Below are positions 11,256 to 20,016 of a DNA stretch of 64,000 nucleotides, in pieces. The DNA comes from an uncultured Planctomycetia bacterium (GTDB lineage Bacteria > Planctomycetota > MHYJ01 > WSZJ01 > CAZWCX01). A program made the translations under genes and the position numbers. Under the pieces are notes generated by a model. It was not told the origin of the DNA. It was given only the letters and a program-made list of their open reading frames with translations, and made no database searches. The DNA lies in NCBI GenBank assembly GCA_964632945.1, contig CAZWCX010000022.1, positions 1-64,000 on the forward strand. The letters are read 5' to 3'. Numbering within the stretch: the stretch's first letter is position 1; each line of letters starts with the position of its first letter.

Positions 11256-13307
11256 TCAAAGGACGACCCGGCGCAGGCGGCGACTGTTGTGTACGACGGT
11301 GGCGGATGACAGGGCCATGGCGATCGACGCCAGAGTGGGATGGAGCGTGATTCCCCACGGGTAGAGGAGCCCGGTCGCGAGCGGGATCATGAGCAGGTTG
11401 TAGAAGACCGCAAAGAAGAGATTTCCGCGGACGCTCTTCAGGGCCGCGCGGCTGAGGCGAAGGGCGGTGAGAACGCCGAACGGGTTGCCGCGCACCAGGG
11501 TGATGTCGGCGGAGGCGGTCGCCACTTCGAGGTCGCCGCGCGTCGCCAGTCCGAGTTCGTTGGGCATCCCGACCGCGATGCCGACGTCCGCCACCGCGAG
11601 TGCGAGGGCGTCGTTCATGCCGTCGCCGACCATGGCGACTTTGCGTCCGGCGGCCTGGAGTTCCCGGATCTTCTGTTCCTTCTCCATCGGGAGCACTTCC
11701 GCGATCACCTCGTCCACGCCGATCATGCGTCCCAGGGCCTGTGCGGACATCCGGTGGTCGCCGGTGAGGAGAACCACGTGAAGCCCTTCGGCGCGCAGGT
11801 TCCGGATCACTTCGGAGGCCCCGACGCGGACGATCTCGGCAAGGCCCAGCAGGCCGAGGTATCGGTCATCGACGGCGACGAGCACCGGGTTGAGCCCTTC
11901 GGCGGCGAGAGACGCGAGCTCCTCCGGGGGGGGGAGATTCCGGACCCCTCCTTCGGACAGGACCTCGCGCCGCCCGACCCGGATCTCCTGCGTTCCGGCG
12001 CGCGCGAGGATGCCGAGCCTGCGCAGCGGCCGGACCTCGTCGATCGGTCGCGGGGTGAGCCCCGCCACCGTGGCGCGATCGAGGATGGCCACGGCGAGCG
12101 GGTGGTCGCACTTCTGTTCCGCGTCGAGGGCCGCCTGCAGGAGTTCCTGGGCGCTCACGCCCGCGGCGGGGGCGATGTGGTGGACGGCGGGCACCCCGCA
12201 CGTGAGCGTTCCGGCCTTGTCGAAGACCACGGTGTCGATCCGTTCCAAGGTCTCGAGCGAGCGGGGATCCTGCACCAGGATTCCCTCGGAGGCGCCGAGG
12301 CCGGTGGCGATCGACATGGCCAGGGGTGTGGCGAGCCCGAGGGCGCAGGGGCAGGAAACGATGAGAACGGCGACGAAGTTGGACATGGCGAGTACCGGGG
12401 AGCGGTCGTCGCCGAAGACGAGCCACGCGAGTGCGGTGACCAGGGCGAGCAGGATGGCGGCGCGCACGACCCAGCCGGCGACGCGATCGACGAGCCGCTG
12501 CACCGGGGAGCGAGCCCCATGCGCCTGGCCGACCAGTTCCACCGACTGGTAGAGCATGGTTTCGGTCCCGACCCGGCACACCTCCATGATCGCGCGGCCG
12601 CCGGCGACCAGCGTGCCCTCGAACAGGGGGTGACCGCGCGACTTCTGCGCGGGGTGATCGTCGCCGTTGAGCATCGATTCGTCGATCGACGCCTCGCCGT
12701 CTTCGAGGATTCCGTCGGCCGGGATGCGGTCGCCGTTTTCGAGGAGGACGCGATCGCCGGGGGCGAGCCGCTGGGTGGGGACGGTCTCGGTTCCGCCGTC
12801 GGGACGTCGGCGGCACGCGACGCGGGGACGCAGGTCGAGCAGGCTGCGCATGGAATCCCGGGCGTGGGCCAGGGCCCGCTGCTCGAGCAGTTGGCCGACC
12901 AGGACCACCGCGAGGATGACGGCGGAGGTCTCGAGGTAGAGGAGGGGTTCCTGTCCGAGGGGGACGAGCCAGTGGGGAACGAAGAGCGTCAGGATGCTGC
13001 CCGCGTAGGCTGCCGTCGTTCCCAAGGCGATGAGCGTGTTCATGTCGGCGCGCCGCGCGCGCGCCGCCTCGATCATGCCACGATAGAACGGGAGGCCGCA
13101 CCAGACCTGGGTGAAGGTGCCGAGCACGAGGAGGACGCCTGCGTTGGGCCAGGCCCGGGACAGGACGAAGAGGACGATCGCCAGGATGGAGGCCACGGTC
13201 GCGCGGGCGCGCGTCGCGGCGATTTTCCTCTCGGCGTCAATTTCCCCGGCGATCGGGGGACGGGGCAGCGCATCGGCTTCGGTTTCCACGTCGACGACGG
13301 CCCGCAT
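11256..13307 (-). CDS. Heavy-metal translocating P1B-type ATPase (no N-terminal HMA domain)
   Basis: CPC motif (SCPCALGLATPLAM), phosphorylation motif (VVFDKAGTLT) and hinge (VAMVGDGMNDALALAVADVGIAV). The start is uncertain between 13307 and 13400. Confidence 0.85.
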   Translation of the reverse strand: MRAVVDVETEADALPRPPIAGEIDAERKIAATRARATVASILAIVLFVLSRAWPNAGVLLVLGTFTQVWCGLPFYRGMIEAARARRADMNTLIALGTTAAYAGSILTLFVPHWLVPLGQEPLLYLETSAVILAVVLVGQLLEQRALAHARDSMRSLLDLRPRVACRRRPDGGTETVPTQRLAPGDRVLLENGDRIPADGILEDGEASIDESMLNGDDHPAQKSRGHPLFEGTLVAGGRAIMEVCRVGTETMLYQSVELVGQAHGARSPVQRLVDRVAGWVVRAAILLALVTALAWLVFGDDRSPVLAMSNFVAVLIVSCPCALGLATPLAMSIATGLGASEGILVQDPRSLETLERIDTVVFDKAGTLTCGVPAVHHIAPAAGVSAQELLQAALDAEQKCDHPLAVAILDRATVAGLTPRPIDEVRPLRRLGILARAGTQEIRVGRREVLSEGGVRNLPPPEELASLAAEGLNPVLVAVDDRYLGLLGLAEIVRVGASEVIRNLRAEGLHVVLLTGDHRMSAQALGRMIGVDEVIAEVLPMEKEQKIRELQAAGRKVAMVGDGMNDALALAVADVGIAVGMPNELGLATRGDLEVATASADITLVRGNPFGVLTALRLSRAALKSVRGNLFFAVFYNLLMIPLATGLLYPWGITLHPTLASIAMALSSATVVHNSRRLRRVVL

Positions 13308-13414
13308 GCGTCCGCTCCCGGAATCGGCCCTGCGCCCGCTCCACCCTCCGGGCTCCGAGGATCCCCTCGACACCTTACCACCGCCTCCCGCAGGCGTCAA
13401 CGCGTCCGGCGGGC

Positions 13415-13444
13415 TTGACCCGGCCGTTGCCCGGCGGGTATGCT
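13415..13444 (+). promoter_or_regulatory. Candidate sigma70-type promoter
   Basis: TTGACC, an 18-nt spacer, then TATGCT, about 40 nt upstream of a strong RBS/micro-ORF and the RbfA-like gene. Confidence 0.3.
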
Positions 13445-13480
13445 GTGGTTCTCTACACCGTCGTCGAAAGGAGGCGCCCC

Positions 13481-13519
13481 ATGTCGGCAGATTCCCCGCT
13501 TCACCAGGACCGTGCCTGA
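13481..13519 (+). CDS. 12-codon micro-ORF (MSADSPLHQDRA) with near-perfect RBS; possible leader peptide
   Basis: AAAGGAGG sits 7 nt upstream of the ATG. It ends 53 nt before the RbfA-like start. Coding status unproven. Confidence 0.2.
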   Translation: MSADSPLHQDRA

Positions 13520-13572
13520 CGGCCCTCCGGGCCGCCAGGCGAAGGAATCCGAAGTTTCAGCCTGGAGTGGCC

Positions 13573-13911
13573 ATGAGTCACCGCAACAACCGGATGTCCG
13601 GCCTGCGTCCCCTTCGCCTGCAGGCGGAGATGCTCGACGCGTGTCGGGCCTACATCCTGCCCTCGATCGACGATCCGGTGGTATCGACGCTCGACGTGTC
13701 TCACGTCGAATTGTCGGACGACCTGTGCAACGTGACCTTCGTCCTCATGCCCGGGCCGGCCGGCACGCAGGCGACGCCCCAGGAGGTCAAATCCGCGCTG
13801 GAGCGGGTGGCCCCCTATGCGCGCAAGCTGCTGGGCGAATCGGTGCCGATGAAACGACTGCCGATCGTGCGCATGGCGTACCTGCCGATCCGGATCGAGC
13901 GCCGCGATTGA
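13573..13911 (+). CDS. rbfA: Ribosome-binding factor A-like protein
   Basis: The 112-aa product aligns by eye with RbfA (…DPVVSTLDVSHVELSDDLCNVTFVLM…ALERVAPYARKLLGESVPMKRLPIVRMAY, compared with E. coli …[27 protein letters not shown]…[29 protein letters not shown]). GGAGTGG RBS. Confidence 0.5.
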   Translation: MSHRNNRMSGLRPLRLQAEMLDACRAYILPSIDDPVVSTLDVSHVELSDDLCNVTFVLMPGPAGTQATPQEVKSALERVAPYARKLLGESVPMKRLPIVRMAYLPIRIERRD

Positions 13912-14011
13912 GCCGGGGAGGCCCCGGGGGGCGGTTCCGCGGCCCCCGGGGCCCCTCGGGCCTGTCCGGCCCGATCCCGGCGCGGCCCGGGGGACCGGTG
14001 CGCCCGCGCCG

Positions 14012-14617
14012 TCAGGCCGGCGGCCGACCGAGCAACCAGCCCGTGCGGCGTTGGACCGCGAACCAGGCGAACCCGGCGGCGTCGTGCGCGGCGTGGGCGG
14101 CCATGGTGACCGCCAGCGATCCCGAAGCGACGTACGCGATGCCCAGCAGCGCGCCCTCCCACACCGCCCAGACCGCGAACGGCCACAACTTCCGCTCCCG
14201 TGCCGCATGCAGGGCTCCGAAGGCGAGGGCGGAACCGCCGATCGCGATCGCGGGCGGCGCCCCCGCCACGGTCATCAGCCCCTGGAGCAGGACGCCACGG
14301 AAAATCGGTTCCTCACCGAGACCGGCGAGGAGGGCGCCCGCGGCGATCTCCCGGGGCCGCTGCGGGCGAAAGTGCTCCACGAGCGCGCGGTACCGGGCCA
14401 GGTATCGCTCCCGGAAGGCGAGCAAAAGGAGTCCGTGGAGGAGGGCGTCGCTCGCGCCGATCGCCGCGACGACGATCGCGATCTGTGCGATGCGCACGCG
14501 GTCGATCCCGAGGTCCCACCGGAGATCGAACGCCTCCCGGGCCGCCCATGCGCCGACGGCGAAGGCGGCGAGCAGGAGAAGCGATGCCCCGGCGCGATTC
14601 TTGATCGTGAAGAGCAC
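14012..14617 (-). CDS. CPBP family intramembrane metalloprotease (CAAX protease/Abi-like), GTG start
   Basis: Motifs EEPIFRGVLLQGL, FGALH and HAAHD within TM helices. The GTG start has a GGAG RBS and lies 2 nt after the stop of the upstream gene. Confidence 0.65.
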   Translation of the reverse strand: MLFTIKNRAGASLLLLAAFAVGAWAAREAFDLRWDLGIDRVRIAQIAIVVAAIGASDALLHGLLLLAFRERYLARYRALVEHFRPQRPREIAAGALLAGLGEEPIFRGVLLQGLMTVAGAPPAIAIGGSALAFGALHAARERKLWPFAVWAVWEGALLGIAYVASGSLAVTMAAHAAHDAAGFAWFAVQRRTGWLLGRPPA

Positions 14618-14619
14618 GG

Positions 14620-15903
14620 CTACTCCGCCATCGCCATCATGACCAGGGTGGCCGCGATCAGGGGGATGTTCTTCGTCAGCGGCCCGAACGGGTGCAGCCA
14701 GAATGCGGGCGCGCCCGCCGACAGGAGCGCCATGAAGCCGAGCATGAGGACGATCTGCGTCGCGCCCATCCAGCGGACCCGCCAGCCTACGGCCGTGGCC
14801 AGTCCAAGGGCGACCTCCAGGGCGCAAGTGGCGTACAGGAGGGGCGCCGCGACCGGACCCTCGACTCCGACCGCGGCCATCAGGTCCAGGCTCTTGTCGA
14901 GGGGATAGAGGAAGGCGGAGACCAGGCCGGTGGCGAGCCAGATGAAGGCGATCGAAACCCGCAGCGGAACCGCGAGCGGGGACAGCCGCGCGTACCAGAG
15001 GGCTTCCGGCGTGCGCGGGCGCCGGGCGATGCCGAGCGAAAGGGGGAGCGGGGCACGGCCGAAGGCACGCACGAAGGCGCCGTTGTCCCCGTGATTTCCG
15101 CGCCGGAGCATCCCCAATTCTTCCGACGTGATCGGTCCCCGGCCGCCGAGGCGATCGGTCGTCCAGGCCACGCACGCCATGACGGGCCAGGGGAGGTGCA
15201 CCGTGCGCGCGCGCGACTTTCCCTGCCAGCGTGCGAGCGTGTCCAGGAGCGCATTGAAGGTCACCACCTCCCCGCCCCCCAGGTCGTAGACCCCGTTCGG
15301 CAGGTCGGGCCGCTCCACCGCGTCGGCCACCGCGCCGGCGACATCGTCCACGTGTACCGGCTGCACGCGGTACTCTCCATCTCCCGGCACGGGCGTCACC
15401 GGAAGGGCGGCGAGCGAGAGGAAAAAAGCCATCGACTGGTCCCCGGGACCGTACACGAACGAGGGCCGCAGGACGACCCAGGGCGCGCCGAGGGCGGCCA
15501 GTCGCTCGTCTGCGGCCCGCTTGCTCCGGTGGTAGCGGCTCTCCGCGCCGGCATCGGCGCCCATGGCGCTGATCTGCACGATCCGGCGCACGCCCGCGTG
15601 CGCCGCGGCTTCAAACAGCGCGATCGGGGCGTCCCGATGCACTTCATCGAACGTGGCTCCCGGCCGCTCCCGGATGATCCCCGCGGCGTTGACCACCGCG
15701 TCGTGTCCCGGCACCTCGTCGCGCCACTCCGCCGGGCGGGAAAACTCGCCGGTGAGGACGCGCACCCCGGGCAGCGACATCCCGGCCAGCCTTCGCGCGC
15801 CCGAACCGCGGGCAAGGCAGGTCACTTCATGGCCTCGCGCGATCAGCGCCTGCAGGACATGGCCGCCGATAAAGCCGGTGGCGCCGGCGAGGAACACGCG
15901 CAT
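14620..15903 (-). CDS. NAD(P)-binding epimerase/NmrA-like domain fused to C-terminal DoxX-like membrane domain
   Basis: N-terminal Rossmann motif MRVFLAGATGFIGGHV. The C-terminal ~130 aa form 3–4 TM helices resembling DoxX-like domains. Confidence 0.75.
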   Translation of the reverse strand: MRVFLAGATGFIGGHVLQALIARGHEVTCLARGSGARRLAGMSLPGVRVLTGEFSRPAEWRDEVPGHDAVVNAAGIIRERPGATFDEVHRDAPIALFEAAAHAGVRRIVQISAMGADAGAESRYHRSKRAADERLAALGAPWVVLRPSFVYGPGDQSMAFFLSLAALPVTPVPGDGEYRVQPVHVDDVAGAVADAVERPDLPNGVYDLGGGEVVTFNALLDTLARWQGKSRARTVHLPWPVMACVAWTTDRLGGRGPITSEELGMLRRGNHGDNGAFVRAFGRAPLPLSLGIARRPRTPEALWYARLSPLAVPLRVSIAFIWLATGLVSAFLYPLDKSLDLMAAVGVEGPVAAPLLYATCALEVALGLATAVGWRVRWMGATQIVLMLGFMALLSAGAPAFWLHPFGPLTKNIPLIAATLVMMAMAE

Positions 15904-16026
15904 GGGGCGATCCGATTCGCGGGAGCAGGAACGGCACGGAGTATAGGTCGCCCCCCGCGCGCGCGTCAATCGGGGTCGCCGCGTGCGGGATTGTCGGCGC
16001 GACCGGGCCGTGGTACCCTTCGACCC

Positions 16027-16704
16027 ATGCCAGAGCCGGATCTCCCGCGGACCTGTCCCCTGTGCGCAGCCACGGAGGCGCGTCGATTCCATCACGATCG
16101 GATGCGCTCGTACTTGCGCTGCCCCCGCTGCCTTCTCACCTTCGTTCCTCCCGAGGAGCACCTCGATCCCGCCGTCGAGCGAAGACGATACGACCTCCAC
16201 GAAAACGACCCGCAGGACGAGAGGTACCGGGCGCACCTGCGGCGCCTTCTCGATCCGCTTGCGGCGCGCCTCCCGCCGGCGGCGCGCGGACTGGACTACG
16301 GTTCGGGCCCCGGTCCCACGCTGCACCGGATGTTCGAGGAGTGCGGGCATCCGATGGCGATCTGGGATCCGTTCTACGCGCCCGACCCGGCGCCGTTGGA
16401 GCGGGTCTACGACTTCGTGACCTGCACCGAGACGGCGGAGCACTTCCGCCGTCCGGCGGAGGAGTTCGCCCGCCTGCACTCGTTGCTGGCGCCCGGCGGC
16501 TGGCTCGGGCTGATGACCGAGCGGCTGGAAGAAGACTCCCTTTTCCCCGGCTGGTACTACGCCCGGGAGGACACGCACGTCTGCTTCTATCGCGAGGAAA
16601 CGCTGCGCTGGATCGCGAACCGGCATGGCTGGACGATCGACCTGCCCGGCCGGGGCGTTGCGCTCTTTCAGCGCGCCCGGGATCCGGGCGGATCCGGTCC
16701 GTGA
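16027..16704 (+). CDS. Class I SAM-dependent methyltransferase with N-terminal Cys4 zinc ribbon
   Basis: CPLC…CPRC zinc ribbon, then SAM motif I (LDYGSGPGPTL) and an acidic motif II. Confidence 0.7.
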   Translation: MPEPDLPRTCPLCAATEARRFHHDRMRSYLRCPRCLLTFVPPEEHLDPAVERRRYDLHENDPQDERYRAHLRRLLDPLAARLPPAARGLDYGSGPGPTLHRMFEECGHPMAIWDPFYAPDPAPLERVYDFVTCTETAEHFRRPAEEFARLHSLLAPGGWLGLMTERLEEDSLFPGWYYAREDTHVCFYREETLRWIANRHGWTIDLPGRGVALFQRARDPGGSGP

Positions 16705-16726
16705 AGGCGTCCTCACGCGTCCGGCG

Positions 16727-18553
16727 TCAGTCCGTGCGCTCCCCACAGAGCGGGCAGGGGACGTTTCCGGAACCGACGCAGGCGGCGCAGACCGTTCGCG
16801 GTTGCTGGCCGCGACCCTGGCAGATCCCGTCGCGGGCGGCGCCGTTCTTGCAGCTTCCGCACGGCATCCACCCGCGCTCGTTGCAGTCCCGGCACTTCAC
16901 CCAATTCCCCGTGCCCTTCGGGTCCGGGGTCTTCCCCTTGCCGTAGCAGGTCTCGCACTTCACCTTGTACGCCCCCATGCACTGGGGGCAGGGCTGGAGG
17001 CCCTTGTAACAGGCCGGGCATGGGCCCGGCACCTGGCCGGTGGCCGCGCAGTCCTTGCATTGGACGAACGCGAATCCACCGCAGGCGGGGCACCCGGCGC
17101 GCTCTCCCGCCGGTCGCGCTCCGCGCGAGACCTCGAGCCCGCGGCACTCCGGGCACGCTTTCACGATGGTCTTCTTGCCGCGGCACAGCATGCAGTTCGC
17201 CTGCTTCTTGCCGCCGCACCAGCCGCAACCGTAGGCGCCGCGCGCGCCGCAGGCCTCGCACGGAACCTCGCCCTGCTCGAGCCGCCGCCGGCCGGTCGCG
17301 CCGCAAACGCCGCAGGCGTGACCGCCGTTTCCCTTGCAGACGATGCACGGCATCGATCCGCCGCCGCCGCAGGCCGAGCAGGAAACCGTGACCTCCCCCT
17401 TCGCCTTGCACGTGACGCACGGTTCCAGCCCGATTCTCGCCGGCAACTTGGGCGCGCTCGCCGGAATCTCCGCCTGGGCCGCCGGCACGGGCTTGCCCCC
17501 GCCGGTCGCCGGGCCCCAGGACGGATCGCGCATGCTCACCGCGCCGGGACACTTCGCGAGCGCAATCGCGAACCGGTCTGCCTTCCCCGCGCGAAACCAG
17601 AACGCCGCCTCCATCGTGCCGCCGGACGAGGTCCCCATGGCCATGACGTCGTCCTTCAGCCCGCACGCCAGCGTGCGCAATTGCTCCTGGGCGGTCAGCG
17701 TCAGCACCGGCTTGCTCTTCGCCGGATCGCCGCCGGGAAACTCGACGATCGCGTCCAGCCCCTTCGCGGCATCGTGAAACGCGAGCACGACATCTCCCGT
17801 CTTCGGCCGACACGCCCCGGTTCGCACCGGCACGCCGGGGAGGAACGGATCTTCGACGGCGACGGCATCTCCATCCCGTTTCCCCCAGCAGACGATGGCG
17901 CGAGACTCGGTCACGCAGTCCTCGGTGAGCGAGCCGCGCAACAGGATTTTTGCGCCGTCCTTGCTCCAGGCCAGCGCCTCGGCCCGGATCGGGCGGTCGA
18001 CCGCGAGCCGTTGTGCCGCGCCCGACTTGAAGTCGATCCAGTGCAGATGCGACTCGACCGACTCGCGGGCGCCGGCACCGTCCCCGACGCGCGTGTGCAC
18101 GCGCTCGCTGACGATCAGACCCTCTCCGGACGGGTGGATGCGCGGATGATGAAAGGCCCGCTCGATCACGCCCGGATCGTCGGCGGCCGACCGGGGCGCA
18201 AGCAGCACTTGATGGGCTTTGCCGTCCAGATCCACCATCGCCACTCCGCTCCGCTCCTCGGGGCCGAACGTGTAGGCGATTCGCTTGCCGTCCGGACTCA
18301 GGCAGGGGTCGCCCACCCCCTGGTCGTTCTCGGGTGCGAGCAATCGTTCGGCCGATCCCTCCTGGACCAGCCAGATCTCGCGGACGAAGCGGCCCTCCCC
18401 GTGGGTCCAGACTTCGAGCGCGAGCCGCACGCCCTTGGGCATTTCGTCCGCTGCGGCCCGCGACGGGAGGAGGGCCAGGGCGAGGAGGACGGGCAGGATC
18501 CCGGGTCGGGCGGGCCGGCGTGCGGGGATGGGAGCTGCGGCAGCGTGAATCAT
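16727..18553 (-). CDS. Secreted protein: PD40/TolB-like beta-propeller + ~10 DnaJ-type CxxCxGxG zinc-finger repeats
   Basis: Signal peptide (…ILPVLLALALLPSRAAA). N-terminal half has propeller-like repeats (…PDGKRIAYTF…). C-terminal ~230 aa is a dense array of CxxC(x)GxG units (CVTCKAKGEV…CSACGGGG…CIVCKGNGG…CGVCGATG…CEACGARG…CGWCGGKK…). Confidence 0.7.
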   Translation of the reverse strand: MIHAAAAPIPARRPARPGILPVLLALALLPSRAAADEMPKGVRLALEVWTHGEGRFVREIWLVQEGSAERLLAPENDQGVGDPCLSPDGKRIAYTFGPEERSGVAMVDLDGKAHQVLLAPRSAADDPGVIERAFHHPRIHPSGEGLIVSERVHTRVGDGAGARESVESHLHWIDFKSGAAQRLAVDRPIRAEALAWSKDGAKILLRGSLTEDCVTESRAIVCWGKRDGDAVAVEDPFLPGVPVRTGACRPKTGDVVLAFHDAAKGLDAIVEFPGGDPAKSKPVLTLTAQEQLRTLACGLKDDVMAMGTSSGGTMEAAFWFRAGKADRFAIALAKCPGAVSMRDPSWGPATGGGKPVPAAQAEIPASAPKLPARIGLEPCVTCKAKGEVTVSCSACGGGGSMPCIVCKGNGGHACGVCGATGRRRLEQGEVPCEACGARGAYGCGWCGGKKQANCMLCRGKKTIVKACPECRGLEVSRGARPAGERAGCPACGGFAFVQCKDCAATGQVPGPCPACYKGLQPCPQCMGAYKVKCETCYGKGKTPDPKGTGNWVKCRDCNERGWMPCGSCKNGAARDGICQGRGQQPRTVCAACVGSGNVPCPLCGERTD

Positions 18554-18739
18554 GATTCGACGTCCTTCCGTCGAGGGCGCGCGCCCGGCGGATCCGGGGT
18601 CGATCCGGCGCGCAAACGGCGGCGCGGTCGATCGCCGGGGGATACGCGCGGATGGTACCGGCGGGGAAGGGGGGCGTCAACGGGGAAGGCTCGCCCGCCG
18701 CCCCGGGGGGTGGGGTTGATTGGGGCCGTCCCCCCACCA

Positions 18740-18775
18740 ATTGGGTCAAGGCCCCCTCCCCTGATGCCGATAATG
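18740..18775 (+). promoter_or_regulatory. Candidate promoter/operator region upstream of parA-like gene
   Basis: The near-consensus -10 hexamer GATAAT (18769..18774) is the only AT-rich element in the GC-rich intergenic region. An imperfect inverted repeat (TTGATTGGGG…CCAATTGGGTCAA) lies just upstream. Confidence 0.25.
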
Positions 18776-18813
18776 TTCATGGATGGACCCATCATCCAAT
18801 CGGAGGGCTCCCC

Positions 18814-19581
18814 GTGGTGCCATTCGCGCTCTACAATGCCAAGGGAGGGGTCGGGAAGACGACCACCGCCGTGAATCTGGCCGCAGCGTTGGCTGAAACC
18901 GGTCGACGCGTCCTGGTCGTCGACCTCGATGCACAGGGGTCGGCCACCCAGGCCCTCGGCCTGCGGGACGACGGTCGCCGGTTGGCGGAATCCCTGCTCG
19001 GGGACGAACCCCTGCCGGTGGAACCCACCGATACGGAAGGCGTGGACCTCGTGCCCGCGGGCCTCGCCCTGGCAGGCGCCGAGAAGGCTCTGGTTCGCGA
19101 AGTCGGCGCGGAAATGCTCCTGCGCAAGAAACTCGCCGGTCAGGGGGAGTACGAGGTCATTCTGCTCGACGCCCCCCCGGGGGTCACGACACTTTCCGTG
19201 GGCGCCCTGGTCGCCGCGGCCCACGTGCTCGTGCCGGTCACGCCCCATCCGTTGGCCCTCGGCGGCCTGGCTGGATTGCTTCAGGTGCTGAGTACGATCC
19301 GCGACCGGCTGAACCCCCAGCTGGAACTGGGGGCGATCATCCTGACGATGTTCGACGGGCGTACGCTGCTCGCGCGTCAGATCTACGACGACTTGCGCCG
19401 CCGGTTCGGCGAGCGGGTGCTGGGTTCGGTGATTCGGCAGTCGGTAAAGATCGCGGAAGCGGCCGGTCACGGGCGGCCGGTGCTGGCGTACGCCCCCCAC
19501 TCCACCGGCGCGGCGGACTATCGTGAGCTCGCGCGCGCGGTCCTGGACTCGATCGCATGTCCTGTGGCGATGACAGCCTGA
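18814..19581 (+). CDS. ParA/Soj/MinD-family P-loop ATPase (orphan), GTG start
   Basis: Deviant Walker A NAKGGVGKTTTAVNLAAALA. GGAGGG RBS 6 nt before the GTG. No parB or replication genes are adjacent. Confidence 0.8.
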   Translation: MVPFALYNAKGGVGKTTTAVNLAAALAETGRRVLVVDLDAQGSATQALGLRDDGRRLAESLLGDEPLPVEPTDTEGVDLVPAGLALAGAEKALVREVGAEMLLRKKLAGQGEYEVILLDAPPGVTTLSVGALVAAAHVLVPVTPHPLALGGLAGLLQVLSTIRDRLNPQLELGAIILTMFDGRTLLARQIYDDLRRRFGERVLGSVIRQSVKIAEAAGHGRPVLAYAPHSTGAADYRELARAVLDSIACPVAMTA

Positions 19582-19595
19582 CCGGAGGAGGAACC

Positions 19596-19937
19596 ATGGC
19601 CAAGACGATGAGCAAGATCGGCACCAACCCGCTCGACTTTCTCGCTTCGGAGAGGGGATGTTCCGTCGACCTCGGGGAAGCCGTACCGGTGGCCCCGACC
19701 GGGCCTTCCCCTGCCGAGGTCGCGGAGGGGCGAGCGACTGCTTGGGAGCGACGCTGCCGGGCTCTCGACACCGATCTTGCGCGCCTGCGAGGGGAAATCG
19801 AGGAACTTCATGAGAACGCGGCGCGGATGGAACGTAACCGGAAGGCGGAACTTCAGGCCGCCGGGCTGCAGGGAATGGCGGCCGGGTTCGTCTTGACGCT
19901 CCTCCTCTTCGGGATCATCAGCACGTTCGCCGGGTAG
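19596..19937 (+). CDS. Small coiled-coil protein with C-terminal TM helix (113 aa)
   Basis: GGAGGAGG RBS. It starts 15 nt after the parA-like stop. Coiled-coil segment (…LARLRGEIEELHENAARMERNRKAELQAAG) followed by a TM helix (MAAGFVLTLLLFGIISTFAG). Confidence 0.55.
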   Translation: MAKTMSKIGTNPLDFLASERGCSVDLGEAVPVAPTGPSPAEVAEGRATAWERRCRALDTDLARLRGEIEELHENAARMERNRKAELQAAGLQGMAAGFVLTLLLFGIISTFAG

Positions 19938-20016
19938 CGCGGGGAAGCGCGGCGGGGGGGATCCGGGCGGTCGCGCGGCCGCGCCGTCCCCCGGCCCGCC
20001 CGGTGCATCGGCGCGG

